A stretch of DNA of 62,885 nt, counting the filler, from Stramenopiles sp. TOSAG23-2 (lineage: Eukaryota): assembly GCA_900128395.1 (NCBI GenBank). It is 3 parts of 3 records of this genome, joined end to end, with 100 filler letters (N's around TTAATTAATTAA, not from the genome) between each part and the next. Parts side by side here need not be neighbours in the genome. Positions count along the whole stretch, not along the records: positions 42,016 to 62,885 come from LT649548.1; 2 more parts are not named here. One strand, 5' to 3'. Positions 46,206 through 58,695 of the stretch are shown in pieces (within the stretch, counting starts at the first letter, position 1; every line of letters starts with the position of its first letter). A model generated the notes under the pieces. The model was given only the letters and a program-made list of their open reading frames with translations, was not told where the DNA came from and made no database searches. The position numbers and the translations under genes were made by a program.

Positions 46206-47066
46206 GTTGGTTTATATCTTTTCACCAAATTTGCACTGATATGAAAGTGTATTCAACGTATAATTGATTGATACGACTGATCAATTACAACGTGCATGCA
46301 AGTTGTTTAAAATCCGTTCCTTTTTTGATACTACAGTCTAATTATTTCTTCTTTGCTTTTCGCCAGGGTTATGCGATAACTTAAATACTCTTATGTAGTA
46401 GAATAATAATAAATAATAATAATTATTTATTATTATTATTACTATTATACTACTAATAATAATACTGGTATAATATCTTGTAAAATCTGTGGTGGTATAA
46501 TTGCTGCTTTGCTGCTGGTTTGCTGGTGGTTTTTGCACTTGATGAAAAAAATCATCCTTTTTTTCGCGTAAGACGTATAACGTATAAGACGTAAAAAAAA
46601 GCTGGAAGATCAGGTATAGGTCATGTGTAGTGTTAATCATTATTCACCTATTATAATATACAAAGCTAAAAAAAGCTAAAATCTAAAATCTGCTCTTGTG
46701 TCCTGTGTTAGTCTAAACTAGTGTGGTCCTTGCCGGGCTTGGCACCTTAACCAGTTAACCTCTCCTCCTTGTTGTCCTTAAATTATTATTAAATTCGTCG
46801 TTCGTATTATATTTAATTTTTTATTATTAAATAAAGATAAAAAAATACAAACAAAAAAAAACATTTGAAAATAATCATCATACTTATATATATATATATG
46901 ATATATAATTTTATTACGCTCTTATAATATACTATATTTACTGATTAAAAACATATTAGAAGTAATACTTTCTTTTGATAAAATAGATTTTGACAACTTA
47001 ATATAATACAAATAATTGAAAATATATATATATTTTATTATTATTAATTTTTTTTTTTGAATTTAT

Positions 47067-47988
47067 ATGGAAGATTTTGATACAACTATTAAAATAATAG
47101 TAGTAGGAAATGGGCATGTTGGAAAAACTTCATTAACAACACGTTATTGTAAAGATACATATAGTGGTGATTATAAGAAAACTATTGGGTAAGTATTGCA
47201 AATTTTTATTTCAATTTCAAAAATCAATGAATATATACTAACTACAACAAACGCTGCGGTATTATTTTGATCTTATCAGTGCAAATTATTTAGAAAAAAG
47301 AGATATAGAATTAGAAACCGGTGATATTGTCAATATGATGATATACGATACGGCTGGACAAGAAGAATATGGTGCATTGACACGGTCGCATTTTCATGGC
47401 GCTGGTGCAGCAATTTTAGTATTTTCATCCACTGATCGCAATTCATTTTTGGCAATTAAAGATTGGAAAGAACGAGTAATAGCTGATTGTGACGAAAATA
47501 TACCAATCGTGATTGTACAAAGTAAAGTGGATTTATTAGCATTAGGTTCAGAAGAAAACCCAGAGGAGACTATTGATACAAATATTATTTCGGCAAAGGA
47601 AATCAATGATATGGTTACAAGTTTAAATTTGCCATTGTTTAAAGTGAGCTCCTCAAATAATTACAATGTCAATGAAGTATTTGAAAGTATTTGCGAGATG
47701 TATGTTACTGGTGGACATAAATTTGATGAATCTTTCTTATCTAATATAAGTGAAACAAGTCCTGAAAAAATAAATGTACAAAACAGTGGCGACAATAATA
47801 ATAATGATGATAGCAATGATAGAAATAATAATGTAAATAATAAAAGTAATACAAGGGAATTTTTAAAAAGTAGAATTAAAGGTATAAGCAGTGATGGGAC
47901 TATTAGTAATAAACGGATTGATTTAAATCAACCATCAAGAAGAAGGACTGGTGGAAAAAAAAGTAGATCCATATGTAGGATATCGTAA
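47067..47988 (+). CDS. RAB23: Rab23-like small GTPase; intron 47189-47279
   Basis: Exon 1 MEDFDTTIKIIVVGNGHVGKTSLTTRYCK..DYKKTIG; 91-nt GTAAGT..ACTAAC..CAG phase-2 intron; DTAGQEE, QSKVDL; C-terminal CRIS. Confidence 0.88.
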
Positions 47989-48295
47989 ATAATAATGATG
48001 GTTAAAAATTTTTATTTAAGTTTTTATATAAAATAATAATTTTAAATTTTACTTCCCGTGCTAAATAATATAATTTATATTAAAATGTGTGTAAAAATGT
48101 CACTCTAAAATTATACGAAGTGTAATATTATTGATGGGTAAAATCTACGAGTAAGTTATAATATTTTTACACTTCTCGTGTTAAGTAATATATACGTCGT
48201 ACGAGTACGTATTATGAGATTATGAATATATTTTTTACGAACGTACATATAAAAATATTACGTACACGACACAAATGTACTCTACCAGAATCTCG

Positions 48296-49480
48296 TCATT
48301 TCAATCGTTTTAATATTTTCTGAATCGAATATATAATTCCTTTACTAATCCCAGCAGTCAACACGCCTTTTAATGTTTGTGTACGACTAAATTGACGGAC
48401 AGTATTTTGTAATTTATCTTTACAAATATGTTTTGCATGTTGCAATAATAATCCATTGTTTACATTGGTTGACTTTATATCATGTTGATATGAACGAGGC
48501 AATTTTGAAATTAACATTTGAGATGTGTAATTATCGTTCCCATCGTCATTGCGGATAAATTCATTTGTATGTTTCATATATATATGCCCACCATCTTCAC
48601 TATTATTATTTTGTGTCTTCATCGTCAATACATTTTGATCAATTAAATCATCTACATACAATTCATATAAATTACGGAAGCGTTGAAAAGAATCACCTTT
48701 ATTAACTATATTGTCTATCTTATTTGGATTTTCAGCGATACCCATGCGAAAATCACCTTCGTATGATAAAGAGGTAATGCGTTTGTATAAGTCTAATTCT
48801 GAAAATTCAGATGGCAACAATAAAATTGCAGTTGATAATGCACTACATAAATTAGTTTCTAATGCATGATTAATTTCATGTTCGTTATTATTAGTAGTAT
48901 TATGACCATTATTGATATTGGAGGACGACATTATTGTTGATGAATCTGTTACTTCAGGTTTTTTCAAAAATGCTACTGGTTTTTGCAATCTACCAGATAA
49001 ATACAATGTTTCCCAATTTAATAAATCATTTATAAAGTCGGACTTGTTTATAACACCATATTTCATTAATTGTTTTCCATTGGTTTTATTATTACTATTT
49101 ACTACATTCTGTTGATATTTTTCTGGCATTGGTACAAGTGTATTATAATAAATTCTTGCCGAGGCACGCTGTACATTTGACACAAAACTTGGACCTAATA
49201 AACGAGGCAACGCTGCGTAATGTGATGAATTCCGCTTCAGATTATTACTATGCCATTCTAATTCATCATTTACTACAAATATCATATCTATCATAGGTGG
49301 TTCTTCAAATTGTGATATTGCCATTGTTTTATTCATCTGATCATTTTCATTAATATTATTTACATTATTATTATTATCATAGCCTTTTTGTTCAAAGACA
49401 CCACTACCATATCCAATAGCAACTTCAATTCCAGGTGGAAATGTCGAATCAATTAGTTCTGTTAATATTTTCTTATTCAT
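48296..49480 (-). CDS. TAM41: Mitochondrial phosphatidate cytidylyltransferase Tam41/Mmp37
   Basis: GYGSGVFEQ, MIDMIFVV, WHSNNLKRNSSHY, KYGVI, DLLNWETLYLSGRLQKPV, LSYEGDFRM..ENPNKIDNIV. Confidence 0.92.
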   Translation of the reverse strand: MNKKILTELIDSTFPPGIEVAIGYGSGVFEQKGYDNNNNVNNINENDQMNKTMAISQFEEPPMIDMIFVVNDELEWHSNNLKRNSSHYAALPRLLGPSFVSNVQRASARIYYNTLVPMPEKYQQNVVNSNNKTNGKQLMKYGVINKSDFINDLLNWETLYLSGRLQKPVAFLKKPEVTDSSTIMSSSNINNGHNTTNNNEHEINHALETNLCSALSTAILLLPSEFSELDLYKRITSLSYEGDFRMGIAENPNKIDNIVNKGDSFQRFRNLYELYVDDLIDQNVLTMKTQNNNSEDGGHIYMKHTNEFIRNDDGNDNYTSQMLISKLPRSYQHDIKSTNVNNGLLLQHAKHICKDKLQNTVRQFSRTQTLKGVLTAGISKGIIYSIQKILKRLK

Positions 49481-50003
49481 TATTTTTCTTTTTGATGTAT
49501 GAGTTCTTTTGTATGGATATGTTTGGGGTTATTTTTCGATATATATTTTTGTTTATTATTATTGTCGAAAAGTGCATACATACCTGTAAAAATAAATAAT
49601 AAATCATAAAATATATAATATACTACACCATCCGATATTGATGAAAAAAAATTTAATTATAAAAAAAATATAAATTATTACACACCACACAACAACACAC
49701 AAACACGAATAAAACGGGCAAAACACGTCTCTCAAGAATAAAAACAAATACCCTTTTCAAACCACAAAGTTGTCTTTTAATATAATTATATATATTATTA
49801 ATATAATAATACATGTGCATTCACAAACATTGTTTATTACAAGATAATCGTATCCACTTATGTATATATATATACCAGATATGATCCAATTTTGCATACC
49901 ATCGCGTATGGATAATTATTATACATTTTTTTCTTCCTTTTTTTGTTTTATACACACATAAAAACATATTGTTTTCGTATATATATCTATAATAATATGA
50001 TAT

Positions 50004-52433
50004 TTACCCACCTTTATTAACAACGACGGTATAACTTTTACTGCTGCGCTTAAATTGATTGTAAAAATAATAAAATCCCATCATGACTACTAAACACAAT
50101 GCGCTTAAAGCAAGCATAGCCATTGGTCCTTTTAAAACAAAACCCCCACTTTCATTCATATTTCCTTTTAGATTTGCATTTTTTACATCTACTTTTGCAC
50201 CACTTACACCTCCGGATAGAAGGTTTCCAGCAGTAACTTTTTTTGTTGCTTCAATTAATTTTTCTTGCATTTTTAAAATAGCATTTTTTGCTACATCAGC
50301 CGGTGATGCATCGACACTTTCTTTAAAATATTTTTTCGTTTTGAATTCTGCATTTTTACAATCTTTTGACAACTTTTCGAAATTTTCTTGCAAACAAAGT
50401 CTTGTGCGACCTTGTCCGGGTTTTACATCTTTACAAAGCTTTTCTTTATCGGATTTACATTTTTTGGCTAGCTCCATGTTCGAACGCCCATCTTGCAATT
50501 GATATTGCATTGCAAAGTATATTCCACGTCTACAATTTTTCGCTTTTGGTTCTTTCTTTGGGATTTTACCGATATTATCTGCTAAACAATTTACTACTGT
50601 GGAAGGATCATCAATTGCTTTATCACTACAATATTGTTGTACATAATCACGACAACTCCTTCGGATGCGATAATTGCGTTTCCAATCTTTGGATTGCATA
50701 ACCATGGTAGTTGATAAAACAGATCGACAAGTTTTGCCAATATCTTTTGGTGCATCTACCATTTTTGCAAATAAACAATTTAAAACTTGACCGCTGGCTT
50801 TTGGTAATTCCTTACAAAATTTTTCAATACCAGGCTTACATGCTTTAAATGCTTTGTAATTGATACGGATATCTTGCAATTCAAATTTCACTTGTTCCTC
50901 CACTGCTTCTTTGCATTCTAATGTCAATAATTTTTTATCTAATTTTTCTTTTAAACATTCCTTTGCTTTTCCATTGTCTTGTTCATTTTGAGCTGGAGTG
51001 TTAATTTCCTCTTCTGTTCCATCTTCTTTCGTCGCCTTTGCCTTTGCAGCACCTTTCAATGTTTCAGGTAATTTAATTTTACACAAATTTTCTAAATCAT
51101 CTTTACATTTTCCCATTAACCATGGCTGAGCAGCAATATCTTCCGCTTCATCGGCCATTTCATCAAATTCTTCCTTCCTACATGCCTCCGATAATTCTTT
51201 CATATGAGATCGTAAGCAATGATGCGTTCTTCCACCTCCCGGTTTCACCAATGCACAAAATTTAGTTAAATCAGCTTTACATGCTTTTGCTATTCCAGGA
51301 GATGCTTTTAAAAAAACAGCAGCAACGCGTTTTTCAACTACTACAAGTCTTTTGCAACTCTCGCCCATTTGCTTGTGATGTAAATTTCTCTTTAAGCATT
51401 TTAACTTTTCCTCCGCTTTCACATCATCGCATAGTAAATTTAATTCTTTTTTACATTTTTTCGTCAAAATTGGTTTTAAACGCACATCTTTCGCTTCCGT
51501 TTCCAATTCTTTAAACTCTGCTTTTTTGCACAAAGGAGATAATTGTTTTAAATGATTTCTTAAACATGCAATAACAGCACCTCCTTCTTGCACATCTACA
51601 CCGCCATCTTTCTTATCTTTTAAACAAAATGACGTTAAATCACCTTGGCGATAATGTAACAACATTGGCTTGGCAGTATATGTTTTTGATTCATCCACTA
51701 GCTCTTGCATTTTTGCTTTCCTGCATATTGAGTTTAACATTTTAAAATTTTGCATTAAACATACATTATCGCGCCCATTCCCTTTTTCAACAACGCGATC
51801 ATTGAAATCTGTAATTTGCTTATCCGGTCCACAAAATTTTATTAAATCTGCTTTGCACAGCTTGGCAACTTTTCCAGATGCCTTAGCAAATAATGATGCC
51901 ACTTTGATATCACTTTGTAGCTCTTTCTTGCACATTGGTGACATTTTCTTATCGTTATAATGATCTTTTAAGCAACGCAATCTTCTACCATCACCTTTTG
52001 GTATATCTTTGCAAAATCGAAACATGTCCACTCGACATTTCATAAACAAATTGAATTTTAAACGTATATCTGAACGTTCCTCTTTAATCTGTTTAAATTC
52101 AGCTGCTTTACAAGCAGGGGATAATTTCTTCAAGTTTTTTTTTAAACATGCCAGTGCTTTACCATCATCCTGTTTATTTTCTTTTTCCAATTTTACAACA
52201 TCGATTTGACATATATCTTTCAAATCGTTTTGACATGCTTTTGATAAATTTGTTTTTGCATTGATATCTTTTGCTTCATTCAATTGTTGTTCAAATTCTG
52301 CTTGTTTACATGCTTTTGATACTTTGTCCTTATTATCTCGTAAACATTTATGTGTACGTCCTTTACCTGGTTTTACATTTGAACAGAATTTTTTTAAATC
52401 ATCTTTACAATTATTATGTATTCCTGGCAAGAC
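50004..52433 (-). CDS. GLG1: Golgi apparatus protein 1-like (Cys-rich GLG1 repeats), last exon only
   Basis: Repeated C..D..KFC..VKPG.GR...CL....LS..C units, a C-terminal TM helix and a short tail; begins after an intron acceptor in the (AT)n tract. Confidence 0.8.
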   Translation of the reverse strand, partial: VLPGIHNNCKDDLKKFCSNVKPGKGRTHKCLRDNKDKVSKACKQAEFEQQLNEAKDINAKTNLSKACQNDLKDICQIDVVKLEKENKQDDGKALACLKKNLKKLSPACKAAEFKQIKEERSDIRLKFNLFMKCRVDMFRFCKDIPKGDGRRLRCLKDHYNDKKMSPMCKKELQSDIKVASLFAKASGKVAKLCKADLIKFCGPDKQITDFNDRVVEKGNGRDNVCLMQNFKMLNSICRKAKMQELVDESKTYTAKPMLLHYRQGDLTSFCLKDKKDGGVDVQEGGAVIACLRNHLKQLSPLCKKAEFKELETEAKDVRLKPILTKKCKKELNLLCDDVKAEEKLKCLKRNLHHKQMGESCKRLVVVEKRVAAVFLKASPGIAKACKADLTKFCALVKPGGGRTHHCLRSHMKELSEACRKEEFDEMADEAEDIAAQPWLMGKCKDDLENLCKIKLPETLKGAAKAKATKEDGTEEEINTPAQNEQDNGKAKECLKEKLDKKLLTLECKEAVEEQVKFELQDIRINYKAFKACKPGIEKFCKELPKASGQVLNCLFAKMVDAPKDIGKTCRSVLSTTMVMQSKDWKRNYRIRRSCRDYVQQYCSDKAIDDPSTVVNCLADNIGKIPKKEPKAKNCRRGIYFAMQYQLQDGRSNMELAKKCKSDKEKLCKDVKPGQGRTRLCLQENFEKLSKDCKNAEFKTKKYFKESVDASPADVAKNAILKMQEKLIEATKKVTAGNLLSGGVSGAKVDVKNANLKGNMNESGGFVLKGPMAMLALSALCLVVMMGFYYFYNQFKRSSKSYTVVVNKGG

Positions 52434-52467
52434 CTATATAATATATATATATATATATATTATATAG

Positions 52468-54897
52468 GTCTTGCCAGGAATACATAATAATTGTAAAGAT
52501 GATTTAAAAAAATTCTGTTCAAATGTAAAACCAGGTAAAGGACGTACACATAAATGTTTACGAGATAATAAGGACAAAGTATCAAAAGCATGTAAACAAG
52601 CAGAATTTGAACAACAATTGAATGAAGCAAAAGATATCAATGCAAAAACAAATTTATCAAAAGCATGTCAAAACGATTTGAAAGATATATGTCAAATCGA
52701 TGTTGTAAAATTGGAAAAAGAAAATAAACAGGATGATGGTAAAGCACTGGCATGTTTAAAAAAAAACTTGAAGAAATTATCCCCTGCTTGTAAAGCAGCT
52801 GAATTTAAACAGATTAAAGAGGAACGTTCAGATATACGTTTAAAATTCAATTTGTTTATGAAATGTCGAGTGGACATGTTTCGATTTTGCAAAGATATAC
52901 CAAAAGGTGATGGTAGAAGATTGCGTTGCTTAAAAGATCATTATAACGATAAGAAAATGTCACCAATGTGCAAGAAAGAGCTACAAAGTGATATCAAAGT
53001 GGCATCATTATTTGCTAAGGCATCTGGAAAAGTTGCCAAGCTGTGCAAAGCAGATTTAATAAAATTTTGTGGACCGGATAAGCAAATTACAGATTTCAAT
53101 GATCGCGTTGTTGAAAAAGGGAATGGGCGCGATAATGTATGTTTAATGCAAAATTTTAAAATGTTAAACTCAATATGCAGGAAAGCAAAAATGCAAGAGC
53201 TAGTGGATGAATCAAAAACATATACTGCCAAGCCAATGTTGTTACATTATCGCCAAGGTGATTTAACGTCATTTTGTTTAAAAGATAAGAAAGATGGCGG
53301 TGTAGATGTGCAAGAAGGAGGTGCTGTTATTGCATGTTTAAGAAATCATTTAAAACAATTATCTCCTTTGTGCAAAAAAGCAGAGTTTAAAGAATTGGAA
53401 ACGGAAGCGAAAGATGTGCGTTTAAAACCAATTTTGACGAAAAAATGTAAAAAAGAATTAAATTTACTATGCGATGATGTGAAAGCGGAGGAAAAGTTAA
53501 AATGCTTAAAGAGAAATTTACATCACAAGCAAATGGGCGAGAGTTGCAAAAGACTTGTAGTAGTTGAAAAACGCGTTGCTGCTGTTTTTTTAAAAGCATC
53601 TCCTGGAATAGCAAAAGCATGTAAAGCTGATTTAACTAAATTTTGTGCATTGGTGAAACCGGGAGGTGGAAGAACGCATCATTGCTTACGATCTCATATG
53701 AAAGAATTATCGGAGGCATGTAGGAAGGAAGAATTTGATGAAATGGCCGATGAAGCGGAAGATATTGCTGCTCAGCCATGGTTAATGGGAAAATGTAAAG
53801 ATGATTTAGAAAATTTGTGTAAAATTAAATTACCTGAAACATTGAAAGGTGCTGCAAAGGCAAAGGCGACGAAAGAAGATGGAACAGAAGAGGAAATTAA
53901 CACTCCAGCTCAAAATGAACAAGACAATGGAAAAGCAAAGGAATGTTTAAAAGAAAAATTAGATAAAAAATTATTGACATTAGAATGCAAAGAAGCAGTG
54001 GAGGAACAAGTGAAATTTGAATTGCAAGATATCCGTATCAATTACAAAGCATTTAAAGCATGTAAGCCTGGTATTGAAAAATTTTGTAAGGAATTACCAA
54101 AAGCCAGCGGTCAAGTTTTAAATTGTTTATTTGCAAAAATGGTAGATGCACCAAAAGATATTGGCAAAACTTGTCGATCTGTTTTATCAACTACCATGGT
54201 TATGCAATCCAAAGATTGGAAACGCAATTATCGCATCCGAAGGAGTTGTCGTGATTATGTACAACAATATTGTAGTGATAAAGCAATTGATGATCCTTCC
54301 ACAGTAGTAAATTGTTTAGCAGATAATATCGGTAAAATCCCAAAGAAAGAACCAAAAGCGAAAAATTGTAGACGTGGAATATACTTTGCAATGCAATATC
54401 AATTGCAAGATGGGCGTTCGAACATGGAGCTAGCCAAAAAATGTAAATCCGATAAAGAAAAGCTTTGTAAAGATGTAAAACCCGGACAAGGTCGCACAAG
54501 ACTTTGTTTGCAAGAAAATTTCGAAAAGTTGTCAAAAGATTGTAAAAATGCAGAATTCAAAACGAAAAAATATTTTAAAGAAAGTGTCGATGCATCACCG
54601 GCTGATGTAGCAAAAAATGCTATTTTAAAAATGCAAGAAAAATTAATTGAAGCAACAAAAAAAGTTACTGCTGGAAACCTTCTATCCGGAGGTGTAAGTG
54701 GTGCAAAAGTAGATGTAAAAAATGCAAATCTAAAAGGAAATATGAATGAAAGTGGGGGTTTTGTTTTAAAAGGACCAATGGCTATGCTTGCTTTAAGCGC
54801 ATTGTGTTTAGTAGTCATGATGGGATTTTATTATTTTTACAATCAATTTAAGCGCAGCAGTAAAAGTTATACCGTCGTTGTTAATAAAGGTGGGTAA
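52468..54897 (+). CDS. GLG1: Mirror copy of the GLG1-like last exon
   Basis: Exact inverted copy; tatatag|GTC acceptor at 52466-52467. Confidence 0.8.
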   Translation, partial: VLPGIHNNCKDDLKKFCSNVKPGKGRTHKCLRDNKDKVSKACKQAEFEQQLNEAKDINAKTNLSKACQNDLKDICQIDVVKLEKENKQDDGKALACLKKNLKKLSPACKAAEFKQIKEERSDIRLKFNLFMKCRVDMFRFCKDIPKGDGRRLRCLKDHYNDKKMSPMCKKELQSDIKVASLFAKASGKVAKLCKADLIKFCGPDKQITDFNDRVVEKGNGRDNVCLMQNFKMLNSICRKAKMQELVDESKTYTAKPMLLHYRQGDLTSFCLKDKKDGGVDVQEGGAVIACLRNHLKQLSPLCKKAEFKELETEAKDVRLKPILTKKCKKELNLLCDDVKAEEKLKCLKRNLHHKQMGESCKRLVVVEKRVAAVFLKASPGIAKACKADLTKFCALVKPGGGRTHHCLRSHMKELSEACRKEEFDEMADEAEDIAAQPWLMGKCKDDLENLCKIKLPETLKGAAKAKATKEDGTEEEINTPAQNEQDNGKAKECLKEKLDKKLLTLECKEAVEEQVKFELQDIRINYKAFKACKPGIEKFCKELPKASGQVLNCLFAKMVDAPKDIGKTCRSVLSTTMVMQSKDWKRNYRIRRSCRDYVQQYCSDKAIDDPSTVVNCLADNIGKIPKKEPKAKNCRRGIYFAMQYQLQDGRSNMELAKKCKSDKEKLCKDVKPGQGRTRLCLQENFEKLSKDCKNAEFKTKKYFKESVDASPADVAKNAILKMQEKLIEATKKVTAGNLLSGGVSGAKVDVKNANLKGNMNESGGFVLKGPMAMLALSALCLVVMMGFYYFYNQFKRSSKSYTVVVNKGG

Positions 54898-55420
54898 ATA
54901 TCATATTATTATAGATATATATACGAAAACAATATGTTTTTATGTGTGTATAAAACAAAAAAAGGAAGAAAAAAATGTATAATAATTATCCATACGCGAT
55001 GGTATGCAAAATTGGATCATATCTGGTATATATATATACATAAGTGGATACGATTATCTTGTAATAAACAATGTTTGTGAATGCACATGTATTATTATAT
55101 TAATAATATATATAATTATATTAAAAGACAACTTTGTGGTTTGAAAAGGGTATTTGTTTTTATTCTTGAGAGACGTGTTTTGCCCGTTTTATTCGTGTTT
55201 GTGTGTTGTTGTGTGGTGTGTAATAATTTATATTTTTTTTATAATTAAATTTTTTTTCATCAATATCGGATGGTGTAGTATATTATATATTTTATGATTT
55301 ATTATTTATTTTTACAGGTATGTATGCACTTTTCGACAATAATAATAAACAAAAATATATATCGAAAAATAACCCCAAACATATCCATACAAAAGAACTC
55401 ATACATCAAAAAGAAAAATA

Positions 55421-56605
55421 ATGAATAAGAAAATATTAACAGAACTAATTGATTCGACATTTCCACCTGGAATTGAAGTTGCTATTGGATATGGTAGTGG
55501 TGTCTTTGAACAAAAAGGCTATGATAATAATAATAATGTAAATAATATTAATGAAAATGATCAGATGAATAAAACAATGGCAATATCACAATTTGAAGAA
55601 CCACCTATGATAGATATGATATTTGTAGTAAATGATGAATTAGAATGGCATAGTAATAATCTGAAGCGGAATTCATCACATTACGCAGCGTTGCCTCGTT
55701 TATTAGGTCCAAGTTTTGTGTCAAATGTACAGCGTGCCTCGGCAAGAATTTATTATAATACACTTGTACCAATGCCAGAAAAATATCAACAGAATGTAGT
55801 AAATAGTAATAATAAAACCAATGGAAAACAATTAATGAAATATGGTGTTATAAACAAGTCCGACTTTATAAATGATTTATTAAATTGGGAAACATTGTAT
55901 TTATCTGGTAGATTGCAAAAACCAGTAGCATTTTTGAAAAAACCTGAAGTAACAGATTCATCAACAATAATGTCGTCCTCCAATATCAATAATGGTCATA
56001 ATACTACTAATAATAACGAACATGAAATTAATCATGCATTAGAAACTAATTTATGTAGTGCATTATCAACTGCAATTTTATTGTTGCCATCTGAATTTTC
56101 AGAATTAGACTTATACAAACGCATTACCTCTTTATCATACGAAGGTGATTTTCGCATGGGTATCGCTGAAAATCCAAATAAGATAGACAATATAGTTAAT
56201 AAAGGTGATTCTTTTCAACGCTTCCGTAATTTATATGAATTGTATGTAGATGATTTAATTGATCAAAATGTATTGACGATGAAGACACAAAATAATAATA
56301 GTGAAGATGGTGGGCATATATATATGAAACATACAAATGAATTTATCCGCAATGACGATGGGAACGATAATTACACATCTCAAATGTTAATTTCAAAATT
56401 GCCTCGTTCATATCAACATGATATAAAGTCAACCAATGTAAACAATGGATTATTATTGCAACATGCAAAACATATTTGTAAAGATAAATTACAAAATACT
56501 GTCCGTCAATTTAGTCGTACACAAACATTAAAAGGCGTGTTGACTGCTGGGATTAGTAAAGGAATTATATATTCGATTCAGAAAATATTAAAACGATTGA
56601 AATGA
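55421..56605 (+). CDS. TAM41: Mirror copy of TAM41
   Basis: Same protein as 48296-49480. Confidence 0.9.
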   Translation: MNKKILTELIDSTFPPGIEVAIGYGSGVFEQKGYDNNNNVNNINENDQMNKTMAISQFEEPPMIDMIFVVNDELEWHSNNLKRNSSHYAALPRLLGPSFVSNVQRASARIYYNTLVPMPEKYQQNVVNSNNKTNGKQLMKYGVINKSDFINDLLNWETLYLSGRLQKPVAFLKKPEVTDSSTIMSSSNINNGHNTTNNNEHEINHALETNLCSALSTAILLLPSEFSELDLYKRITSLSYEGDFRMGIAENPNKIDNIVNKGDSFQRFRNLYELYVDDLIDQNVLTMKTQNNNSEDGGHIYMKHTNEFIRNDDGNDNYTSQMLISKLPRSYQHDIKSTNVNNGLLLQHAKHICKDKLQNTVRQFSRTQTLKGVLTAGISKGIIYSIQKILKRLK

Positions 56606-56912
56606 CGAGATTCTGGTAGAGTACATTTGTGTCGTGTACGTAATATTTTTATATGTACGTTCGTAAAAAATATATTCATAATCTCATAATACGTACTCGT
56701 ACGACGTATATATTACTTAACACGAGAAGTGTAAAAATATTATAACTTACTCGTAGATTTTACCCATCAATAATATTACACTTCGTATAATTTTAGAGTG
56801 ACATTTTTACACACATTTTAATATAAATTATATTATTTAGCACGGGAAGTAAAATTTAAAATTATTATTTTATATAAAAACTTAAATAAAAATTTTTAAC
56901 CATCATTATTAT

Positions 56913-57834
56913 TTACGATATCCTACATATGGATCTACTTTTTTTTCCACCAGTCCTTCTTCTTGATGGTTGATTTAAATCAATCCGTTTATTACTAATA
57001 GTCCCATCACTGCTTATACCTTTAATTCTACTTTTTAAAAATTCCCTTGTATTACTTTTATTATTTACATTATTATTTCTATCATTGCTATCATCATTAT
57101 TATTATTGTCGCCACTGTTTTGTACATTTATTTTTTCAGGACTTGTTTCACTTATATTAGATAAGAAAGATTCATCAAATTTATGTCCACCAGTAACATA
57201 CATCTCGCAAATACTTTCAAATACTTCATTGACATTGTAATTATTTGAGGAGCTCACTTTAAACAATGGCAAATTTAAACTTGTAACCATATCATTGATT
57301 TCCTTTGCCGAAATAATATTTGTATCAATAGTCTCCTCTGGGTTTTCTTCTGAACCTAATGCTAATAAATCCACTTTACTTTGTACAATCACGATTGGTA
57401 TATTTTCGTCACAATCAGCTATTACTCGTTCTTTCCAATCTTTAATTGCCAAAAATGAATTGCGATCAGTGGATGAAAATACTAAAATTGCTGCACCAGC
57501 GCCATGAAAATGCGACCGTGTCAATGCACCATATTCTTCTTGTCCAGCCGTATCGTATATCATCATATTGACAATATCACCGGTTTCTAATTCTATATCT
57601 CTTTTTTCTAAATAATTTGCACTGATAAGATCAAAATAATACCGCAGCGTTTGTTGTAGTTAGTATATATTCATTGATTTTTGAAATTGAAATAAAAATT
57701 TGCAATACTTACCCAATAGTTTTCTTATAATCACCACTATATGTATCTTTACAATAACGTGTTGTTAATGAAGTTTTTCCAACATGCCCATTTCCTACTA
57801 CTATTATTTTAATAGTTGTATCAAAATCTTCCAT
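56913..57834 (-). CDS. RAB23: Mirror copy of the Rab23-like GTPase; intron 57622-57712
   Basis: Inverted copy of 47067-47988. Confidence 0.88.
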
Positions 57835-58695
57835 ATAAATTCAAAAAAAAAAATTAATAATAATAAAATATATATATATTTTCAATTATTTGTATTATAT
57901 TAAGTTGTCAAAATCTATTTTATCAAAAGAAAGTATTACTTCTAATATGTTTTTAATCAGTAAATATAGTATATTATAAGAGCGTAATAAAATTATATAT
58001 CATATATATATATATAAGTATGATGATTATTTTCAAATGTTTTTTTTTGTTTGTATTTTTTTATCTTTATTTAATAATAAAAAATTAAATATAATACGAA
58101 CGACGAATTTAATAATAATTTAAGGACAACAAGGAGGAGAGGTTAACTGGTTAAGGTGCCAAGCCCGGCAAGGACCACACTAGTTTAGACTAACACAGGA
58201 CACAAGAGCAGATTTTAGATTTTAGCTTTTTTTAGCTTTGTATATTATAATAGGTGAATAATGATTAACACTACACATGACCTATACCTGATCTTCCAGC
58301 TTTTTTTTACGTCTTATACGTTATACGTCTTACGCGAAAAAAAGGATGATTTTTTTCATCAAGTGCAAAAACCACCAGCAAACCAGCAGCAAAGCAGCAA
58401 TTATACCACCACAGATTTTACAAGATATTATACCAGTATTATTATTAGTAGTATAATAGTAATAATAATAATAAATAATTATTATTATTTATTATTATTC
58501 TACTACATAAGAGTATTTAAGTTATCGCATAACCCTGGCGAAAAGCAAAGAAGAAATAATTAGACTGTAGTATCAAAAAAGGAACGGATTTTAAACAACT
58601 TGCATGCACGTTGTAATTGATCAGTCGTATCAATCAATTATACGTTGAATACACTTTCATATCAGTGCAAATTTGGTGAAAAGATATAAACCAAC

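Noticed and set aside
46690-46790. GC-richer patch upstream of Rab23 as an RNA gene
   Set aside because: I could not build a cloverleaf or snRNA motif on either strand.
7200-56605. PGS1 fragment plus TAM41 as a cardiolipin-pathway cluster
   Set aside because: They are on different, artificially joined contigs.
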